A stretch of DNA of 32,000 bases, from contig NZ_CP011304.1 of the NCBI RefSeq assembly GCF_000981785.2, positions 2,790,001 through 2,822,000 of the forward strand, given 5' to 3'. The notes beneath the pieces were generated by a model that made no database searches, was not told the DNA's origin, and was given only the letters and a program-made list of their open reading frames with translations. Position numbers and translations under genes: made by a program. Shown one piece after another: positions 26,187 to 32,000 of this stretch; positions within the stretch are counted from its first letter, which is position 1; each line of letters opens with the position of its first letter. The stretch is from Microcystis aeruginosa NIES-2549. Lineage in GTDB: Bacteria > Cyanobacteriota > Cyanobacteriia > Cyanobacteriales > Microcystaceae.

Positions 26187-26215
26187 ACCATAAGCTTATT
26201 AGGAATTTTTGTCAA
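26187..26215 (-). promoter_or_regulatory. Candidate sigma70-type promoter (TTGACA-17-TATGGT) on minus strand
   Basis: TTGACA is the complement of 26210-26215 and TATGGT the complement of 26187-26192, with exactly 17 nt between them. The predicted start is near 26180. Confidence 0.4.
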
Positions 26216-26410
26216 TACTTAATGAGAATATTTTTTAATAAGTTGGGGGGGAGAGGAGAATCAACTAATTCCTAAGATAGCTGTTGCGGGTATCTGGCCC
26301 GAGGCCGGGGAAGAATTAGCCACAGCAAAATTGATACAGGCATCGGTCGGGCGGGTTAGCGGCTCGATGTGCTTCAATAATTCTATAGTTTTTATTTTCC
26401 TTGTCTTACC

Positions 26411-26905
26411 ATGCCACGTCCCCCGAAAAAAACCCCTAGCACCCCTGAACCCCCCGAAGAGCCAATTAAAGCCACTCCTCCCCTACAACCTCTACAAATT
26501 ATTAAAAAGGGTTCTAGGGCTGCAGTACCCCCCAAACCCCCAGAAACCCCTCCAGAAATCATCGAGGAAAAACCAGCCGCAGAAACGGTAAAATCAGTCA
26601 GTAGCGAGATAAAATCTCCTTTCCGTCCCCGTTCCGATTCGGCTCCTCTATTCCGAAAACCGATTCCCAAAGCAGAAATTCCCGTCATCGAAAAAGCGAC
26701 GGGAGCCAATGGCGAAGTATTTAATCTGACCGATTCTGTCCTGATTACCGAACCTTTTGGTACTCGTATTGCCGCTATTATCGATAGTTTTTATGCCGAT
26801 GCTCAAGGCGAAATCTGGGCGCGACTCAAACCGGTGGAAGTTAATCCCGATTGTCGCTGGGAACAGGCCTGTATTCGCTCTCAGGGTTTGGTAAAAGCTG
26901 AGTAA
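26411..26905 (+). CDS. Hypothetical protein with Pro-rich N-terminal half and small C-terminal domain
   Basis: The ATG-initiated 164-aa ORF has the N-terminal half PRPPKKTPSTPEPPEEPIKATPPLQP...PPKPPETPPE. The C-terminal ~70 aa have normal composition. No family is recognised. Confidence 0.5.
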   Translation: MPRPPKKTPSTPEPPEEPIKATPPLQPLQIIKKGSRAAVPPKPPETPPEIIEEKPAAETVKSVSSEIKSPFRPRSDSAPLFRKPIPKAEIPVIEKATGANGEVFNLTDSVLITEPFGTRIAAIIDSFYADAQGEIWARLKPVEVNPDCRWEQACIRSQGLVKAE

Positions 26906-26907
26906 GA

Positions 26908-26938
26908 CAGTTATCAGTTATCAGTTATCAGTTATCAG
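26908..26938. repeat. Heptamer tandem array CAGTTAT x4 plus partial unit (reverse complement phase of the 23253 array)
   Basis: The sequence cagttat cagttat cagttat cagttat cag starts 3 nt after the stop codon at 26903-26905. TTATCAG is the reverse complement of CTGATAA. Confidence 0.9.
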
Positions 26939-27337
26939 ATTTGAGTTTTAAGTGAGCAGTATTAACAAGTAATTTAGGCTCTCCTAGACTGGTTATAGCA
27001 AATTAGTAGTTTAAATGAGCCTCACCCCTTAAATAGGCTGGAATCCAACCAAGCAAAAAGCTTTTTTTATTAAAATTGCTTTTTTGAATTCTGGTGAACT
27101 TTACTTGACAAGGCTTGCGTGGATTATTTTCTGCTAAAATATCATAACTACTCTGGAAGAGCCGTAATTTATAGCGTTTCCTAAGCTAGTGAGGCACACC
27201 TATTTTTCTTCCCTTTTGCCTAAAATCCCTAACTTTTGTACCTCAGCAGACTGAAAAACGCTATATTTTTCATGATAATCTGTTTTTATCTGATATCATG
27301 TTGAGAAAAATTCACTCTCTAAATTTGGGTTTAAATT

Positions 27338-27928
27338 ATGATAACTACACTCATTGAACGAGAAGCAGAACCAATTTTAATTAGTGACTTAACCTGGAGA
27401 GAATTTAAAGCTGTTGAACAGCTGATCGATCGCCCAGGGTTAAGGTTATCTTTTTTAGATGGAGTTTTGGAGATTAGAAAAATGCCAGGGAAAAAACACG
27501 AAACTATCAAAGAACGTATTGGTGCTTTACTAGAAATTTATTTAGAATTTTTGGGATTAGATTTTACTCCTACTGGTTCTGTCACCTTAGAAAATGAATT
27601 TGAAAAGGTTAAAAGAGAAGGTGATAAATCCTATGAGTTGGGAGCCAATAGAAAACATCCTGATTTAGTGATTGAGGTGGTTGTTAGTAGTGGAGGAATT
27701 AATAAACTGGAAGCATACAAACGCTTACAAATTCCCGAAGTTTGGTTTTGGATGAATGATGAGTTATTGTTTTATAGTTTAGGAAATGATGGATATGAAG
27801 CTGTTAGTAAATCGCAACTTTTACCGAGTTTAGATGTAGGTTTATTGATGCGTTGTATTAATACAGAAAATCATGCTCAAGCACTGCGGGAATTTAGAGC
27901 AGGGATAAAAATTATTGAATCAGCATAA
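27338..27928 (+). CDS. Uma2-family (DUF820) putative endonuclease
   Basis: LTWREFKAVEQL...LRLSFLDGVLEI..MPGKKHE and PDLVIEVVVSS...KLEAYKRLQIPEVWFW match the Uma2 restriction-endonuclease-like fold family, which is abundant in cyanobacteria. Confidence 0.85.
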   Translation: MITTLIEREAEPILISDLTWREFKAVEQLIDRPGLRLSFLDGVLEIRKMPGKKHETIKERIGALLEIYLEFLGLDFTPTGSVTLENEFEKVKREGDKSYELGANRKHPDLVIEVVVSSGGINKLEAYKRLQIPEVWFWMNDELLFYSLGNDGYEAVSKSQLLPSLDVGLLMRCINTENHAQALREFRAGIKIIESA

Positions 27929-27951
27929 CAATAGAAAATGCTGATTTTTTC
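27919..27951 (+). terminator. Rho-independent terminator overlapping the Uma2 stop codon
   Basis: Stem ATCAGCAT (27919-27926) pairs with ATGCTGAT (27938-27945) across an 11-nt loop, followed by a T-run through 27950. Confidence 0.6.
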
Positions 27952-28187
27952 CGCCTATCTAAAAATTATGGGTTAACTTAACAGTTGCAGAATGCCAAGA
28001 ATTAAATTTTCAATATTCCATCAAAAGGGACCAAGTATTTAACCGTTTCATCGCCTCCGTATTATTAGAAGAAAGACGAGCAGGCAATATTCCTGCTTAG
28101 GAAGGAATTAGGATTGTAAGAGAAAGGATTTAATAGCGATATGAATCCTTTGAAAGACAGTATTTTTGGGAAAATGCTCTCATTTCA

Positions 28188-29390
28188 TCAACTCAATAAC
28201 CAATCTAGATGATCCTGTAAACATTGTTTGAGGTCGTAGCGTTGCTTGATAGTTTCCCTGGCATTTAAACGCAGATTTTGCCAACCCTGGGGATAATCTA
28301 ACACTTCATCGACGCGATCGGCTATTTGTTGGGGAGAAAAGAAATCCACTAATAAACCATTTTCCCCATCGGTAATTAATTCTCGCACGGGGGGAGTATC
28401 GGAACCAATCACGACGCAACCCATGGCCATAGCCTCTAACATTGACCAAGAAAGCACAAAAGGACGAGTAAGATAGATATGGGCTGCTGATGCCTGTAAA
28501 ACCTGTTTATATTGACCGTAGGGCAGAGAACCGGTAAAATGCACCCGGGATAAATCCAAAGAAAGGCTTTCTAACATCAATTGTTTATAGGTTTTGCCGT
28601 CCGGTAGAGTTTTTCCATAAGCGACTCGATCCTCCCCGACAATCACCACATGACAGTTAGGCCGACGGGCTAAAATTAGGGAAACAGCCGTCATAAATTG
28701 GGGAAAACCGCGATAGGGTTCCATTCCCCGGGTTGCATAGGTGACAATCTCCTTAACACCCGATAAATCTAAACCTATCTCTGGAATCACTAACTGCACA
28801 TCGGGACGGGGACAGAAATAGTCCGTATCGATGCCATCGTGTAAAACCGTCAGTTTCGAGTGAAATTCGGGGGGAAATTGTTGTTTTTGCCAGATAGTCG
28901 GCGATAAACCTCGATCGCAACTGACCAGATCGATGAGGATTGGCGCATTTTTAATTCTAATCCGGGCCTCGGCATCAGCATTAAGGGGATCCGCCGGATC
29001 AAAATCAGCATCGGAACCATGGGCATGATAAAACCATTCAAAATAGGCTAAAAACTTAGTTTTCGGGAAAATATCCTTGATAAATAGGCCCGGCCCCCAG
29101 CCAGAATGTGCATAGACAATATCGGGATAAAATCCTTGTTGTTTCAGTTGTTGGCAAACACCATAAACCGCTTGACCTTGCAAAACCGCACTTTCCAGGG
29201 GACGGACATAATGATGGGTTTGGGGAGAAACAGCGCGACTTTCCTTGTAAATAAATTTTTTTACCCCCGCTATCTCTCCCTGCTGCCGGGTAGTGCCGAA
29301 AATCACTTGATTTCCGGGGTCTTGAGCTAAAACCGTGCTTAAATGGCGAAATTGGGCGGGAAAGTTGGAATGAAGGAATAAAAATTTCAT
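28188..29390 (-). CDS. Glycosyltransferase (GT4-like, GT-B fold)
   Basis: The 400-aa ORF has the N-terminus MKFLFLHSNFPAQFRHL and the C-terminal region VLSWSMLEAMAMGCVVIGSDTPPVRELI, typical of GT4-type transferases. It starts 13 nt downstream of the aroC stop, so it is likely co-transcribed. Confidence 0.85.
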   Translation of the reverse strand: MKFLFLHSNFPAQFRHLSTVLAQDPGNQVIFGTTRQQGEIAGVKKFIYKESRAVSPQTHHYVRPLESAVLQGQAVYGVCQQLKQQGFYPDIVYAHSGWGPGLFIKDIFPKTKFLAYFEWFYHAHGSDADFDPADPLNADAEARIRIKNAPILIDLVSCDRGLSPTIWQKQQFPPEFHSKLTVLHDGIDTDYFCPRPDVQLVIPEIGLDLSGVKEIVTYATRGMEPYRGFPQFMTAVSLILARRPNCHVVIVGEDRVAYGKTLPDGKTYKQLMLESLSLDLSRVHFTGSLPYGQYKQVLQASAAHIYLTRPFVLSWSMLEAMAMGCVVIGSDTPPVRELITDGENGLLVDFFSPQQIADRVDEVLDYPQGWQNLRLNARETIKQRYDLKQCLQDHLDWLLS

Positions 29391-29403
29391 CGCGGCTAAA
29401 GGT

Positions 29404-30504
29404 TTAGAAAAAGCGATCGCTAATCGTACATTGTCCCTGAAAACGGAGCAGATGATCGCATAATACCAAAGCCATCATCGCTTCCACCATGGGGACAGCT
29501 CGGGGTAAAACACAAGGATCGTGTCTTCCTTTGGCTGCCAGGGTGGTTTCTTCCCCGCTGCGCGTCACGGTTTTTTGTTCTTTACCGATAGTTGCGGTGG
29601 GTTTAAAAGCGGTGCGGATAATAATATTTTCACCGTTACTGATTCCTCCTTGGATGCCTCCCGAACGATTGCTCGTGGTGCGAATTTCCCCGTTATCATC
29701 GATAAAATACTCGTCATTGTGTTCGCTGCCGGTTAAGAAGGTTCCCGCGAATCCCGATCCGATTTCAAATCCCTTACTCGCGGGTAAGGACATCATCCCC
29801 TTAGCTAAATCGGCTTCTAGCTTATCAAAAACGGGTTCTCCTAGACCTTTCGGCACATTTCTGGCTACACATTCCACCACACCGCCGATCGAGTCTTTAT
29901 TCAGGCGAATTTGGTCGATCAGGGCGATCATTTGGGCGGCCGTTTCCCCGTTGGGACAACGCACTATATTACTTTCCACCTCGTCGAGGGTGACGGTGTT
30001 GGGGTCGATGATTGCCTCAATATCTTTAATTCGCTTCACATAGCCGATAATCTCGACATTATAGACAGATTTAAGGATTTTTTTAGCGATCGCTCCTGCA
30101 GCCACCCGGCCGATGGTTTCCCGGGCCGAAGATCTGCCTCCTCCTTTCCAGTTGCGAATGCCGTATTTTGCTTCGTAGGTGGCATCCGCATGGGAAGGTC
30201 GGAATTTCTCGGCCATTTCGTTGTAATCTTGCGAACGAGCATCCTGATTCCGCACTAAAATAGCGATCGGTGTACCGAGGGTTTTGCCGTCAAAAACGCC
30301 CGAAATTATCTCACAAATGTCATTTTCCCGACGCGGGGTCACGATTCTGCTTTGTCCCGGTTTGCGACGGTCTAAATCGATTTGAATCTCCTCTTCGGAA
30401 ATTTCTAAGCGCGGAGGACAACCATCGATAACCACTCCTACCCCACCCCCGTGAGATTCTCCAAAAGTGGAAACCCGAAATAGTCGTCCGAAAGTGTTAC
30501 CCAT
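29404..30504 (-). CDS. aroC: Chorismate synthase
   Basis: The ORF has [31 protein letters not shown] at the N-terminus, plus [20 protein letters not shown] and [17 protein letters not shown]. Confidence 0.96.
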   Translation of the reverse strand: MGNTFGRLFRVSTFGESHGGGVGVVIDGCPPRLEISEEEIQIDLDRRKPGQSRIVTPRRENDICEIISGVFDGKTLGTPIAILVRNQDARSQDYNEMAEKFRPSHADATYEAKYGIRNWKGGGRSSARETIGRVAAGAIAKKILKSVYNVEIIGYVKRIKDIEAIIDPNTVTLDEVESNIVRCPNGETAAQMIALIDQIRLNKDSIGGVVECVARNVPKGLGEPVFDKLEADLAKGMMSLPASKGFEIGSGFAGTFLTGSEHNDEYFIDDNGEIRTTSNRSGGIQGGISNGENIIIRTAFKPTATIGKEQKTVTRSGEETTLAAKGRHDPCVLPRAVPMVEAMMALVLCDHLLRFQGQCTISDRFF

Positions 30505-30562
30505 AATCTCAATATCTACTAAGCCTCAAGCTTTTATTGTACCTGAGCGGTTATCAGTTTGT

Positions 30563-30590
30563 TAGCCATCAGCCGTCAGCCGTCAGCTAT
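30563..30590. repeat. Imperfect heptamer tandem array (TAGCCAT CAGCCGT CAGCCGT CAGCTAT)
   Basis: Read directly in the aroC upstream / DHH downstream spacer. A TTATCAG unit also occurs at 30551-30557. Confidence 0.75.
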
Positions 30591-30763
30591 TAGACGCTGA
30601 TTCTGCTATCAGGATACATAGCTTTTTACTTCCTCTCAGATTAACTGATGCCAGTTCGCCCTGCTAGGCACAACAATCAGTAACCTCTGTCCGTTACATT
30701 TTATACAAAACGACGCGCGACATATTTTCTGTTCTAGATTTTTGGAAAAATCAAAGCCGATAA

Positions 30764-31987
30764 CTAGGTGCGAATTACCTTTTCATCAGGGTTAACTAGA
30801 TGGGAAAGTTTCTGTTTAATTTGGGTGTCATACAGTTCCCACTTAAGTTTTGCGTATTCGGCATTATTATTAAAACCACCGAGAAAACCGATAGGAATTT
30901 CAAAACCTCCGGCCATATAACGACCACCACCAAAAAAGCGACCTTGGTTATCCTGTCCGAAAGCTTCCTTGAGAAATTCATCGGGATCTAGGGTAATTTT
31001 ACTGGTACGCATAGAACCGATGACTAACTCGATATCCTCATCTTCATCGTGAACGATACCATAAACTAAAGCCGTGTGAACATTTTCTTCTGTCACCAAA
31101 AAATCGGCAGCCTGGGGAATCGCATCCCGGTCATCATAACGCAAATAACCCACCCCAGCGATCGAATAATTATTTTTAATAATACGGTTTTTCAGGGCCC
31201 GTTCAATCACATCCATCACCCGTCGGGATCTGGCCGATTGCAGGACCGCGTTTAATAATTGAGCATCGTAGAAACGACTGAGATAACCAGCAGCGATAAA
31301 TTCACACTCTTGCGCTTGCATTAAATTATTCGTATCCGATCGCAATCCGTGCATCAAAGCTGTGGCACACTTAACATGGACGGTATCGCTACTATTAAAA
31401 CTTATTAACCCTTTTTGGATATATTGGGTTAACATCGTCGCTGTTGCCCGGATTTGGGGACGAATATCGACAAATTCCGCCTCTAGATCCCCTTGGCGAG
31501 TATGATGATCAATCACGACAATAATGGGAATTTTTGCCTGTTTAACCAGAGTGGTTAACTGACTATTGGTTCCCTGACCATCGACAAAAACACAACCCTG
31601 ATAAACCGAAAGATCTCTATCCTTGAGGGTATGGACTCCCCAACGTTTAGCCGGTAAACCCGTTAGTTTTACCAAGGCGACATTTTCCTGATGGGAGAGA
31701 GTACCCGCGTAGACTATATCACAGTGAATATCGTACTGTTCGGCGATAATTTGATAGGCCCAGGCACTAGAAAGAGCATCGGGATCCGGGAAATCCTGCA
31801 TCACCACAATTTGATTTTCGCCACGATGATTTTCCAAAGTACGTCGCAGGCGATCGATCAGGGAAATAAGTAGGGTATCATTACTAACCGTGACTGGAGG
31901 AAGGGGACATACTGCCGACGCTTCCCCTACCACTACATCGGTTTCGAGGGACTTGGCAGGAACTAGACTCAGCAATTCAGCCATCAT
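30764..31987 (-). CDS. DHH-family phosphoesterase (NrnA-like architecture)
   Basis: The ORF has MQDFPDPDALSS (DHH motif I/II region), VVIDHH (DHH motif) and a C-terminal GGGRYMAGG resembling the DHHA1 GGGH motif. Confidence 0.8.
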   Translation of the reverse strand: MMAELLSLVPAKSLETDVVVGEASAVCPLPPVTVSNDTLLISLIDRLRRTLENHRGENQIVVMQDFPDPDALSSAWAYQIIAEQYDIHCDIVYAGTLSHQENVALVKLTGLPAKRWGVHTLKDRDLSVYQGCVFVDGQGTNSQLTTLVKQAKIPIIVVIDHHTRQGDLEAEFVDIRPQIRATATMLTQYIQKGLISFNSSDTVHVKCATALMHGLRSDTNNLMQAQECEFIAAGYLSRFYDAQLLNAVLQSARSRRVMDVIERALKNRIIKNNYSIAGVGYLRYDDRDAIPQAADFLVTEENVHTALVYGIVHDEDEDIELVIGSMRTSKITLDPDEFLKEAFGQDNQGRFFGGGRYMAGGFEIPIGFLGGFNNNAEYAKLKWELYDTQIKQKLSHLVNPDEKVIRT

Positions 31988-32000
31988 TTTTAGAAAAGTT

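Noticed and set aside
26331-26709. ORFs 26331-26591 (+) and 26392-26709 (-), overlapping the Pro-rich gene
   Set aside because: These are alternative frames of the same Pro-rich, codon-repetitive stretch. The 26411-26905 frame is the only one with an ATG and a non-repetitive C-terminal domain. Even that call is only moderate confidence.
29489-30043. 184-aa ORF on the + strand (plus the 29521-29736 and 29911-30258 ORFs) inside the aroC region
   Set aside because: It is entirely antisense to the very well supported chorismate synthase gene. The translation is Ser/Pro/Leu/Arg-rich low-complexity sequence typical of antisense frames, and no motif is recognisable.
7723-30590. Could the short tandem arrays be CRISPR arrays or type III toxin-antitoxin RNA repeats?
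   Set aside because: The units are 7-8 nt and strictly tandem with no spacers, and the arrays are only 28-56 nt long. No cas genes or adjacent toxin ORF are present.
1-32000. tRNA, rRNA, tmRNA, RNase P RNA and 6S RNA genes
   Set aside because: None of the spacers I read contains a T-loop-like GGTTCGA(A/G)TCC, a RNase P GAGGAAAGTCC box, or long end-to-end complementary 6S-like structures. A covariance-model scan is still needed for certainty.

Overview
The window looks like a chromosomal segment from a unicellular cyanobacterium. More than a dozen perfect HIP1 octamers (GCGATCGC) are visible by eye. Short 7-8 nt tandem repeat arrays sit at gene boundaries, overall GC is moderate to low, and photosynthesis genes are present. 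A Microcystis-like origin is an inference, not something I could prove here.

Most of the window is ordinary core genome:
- Left end to 8.8 kb: an ABC ATPase fragment, a NYN/YacP-like protein, sfsA, the orange carotenoid protein with its partner FRP, a DUF1400 protein, psaK and trpF.
- 10.7 to 18.5 kb: folE plus an SDR oxidoreductase, three small hypothetical envelope proteins, the NblS/Hik33 sensor kinase, a DUF4359 protein and a GT4 glycosyltransferase.
- 18.7 to 24.9 kb: a co-directional membrane block of pxcA, an RND permease and a CPA1 Na+/H+ antiporter.
- 25.2 kb to the right end: two divergent low-complexity hypotheticals, a Uma2 endonuclease, a second glycosyltransferase, aroC and a DHH phosphoesterase.

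Accessory content is small:
- An AT-rich, HIP1-free islet at about 5.0-7.0 kb holds an orphan Dam-family methyltransferase, a RelE/YafQ-type toxin-antitoxin pair and a truncated solitary HicB-like gene.
- Next to it lies a stand-alone ArgRS-like DALR-domain protein.
- One apparently intact IS5-superfamily insertion sequence spans 8907-10588.
- A related solo IS-end-like sequence sits at 24931-24952.

I do not see a convincing novel multi-gene system (no CRISPR array, retron, or new defence operon). The leads worth a second look are non-coding:
- A promoter-to-terminator mini-transcript upstream of the coiled-coil gene (26108-26215, minus strand).
- A GC-rich structured element plus a Yfr1-core-like CUCCUCACAC motif at 24.9-25.2 kb.
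- Back-to-back G-tract and C-tract octamer arrays with G-quadruplex potential at the folE 3' end.
- Heptamer arrays that abut start and stop codons.
- An ORF-free spacer of about 940 bp upstream of ocp.
- An untracked 57-codon zinc-ribbon ORF.

All homology calls come from motif recognition in the supplied translations. No database search was run.
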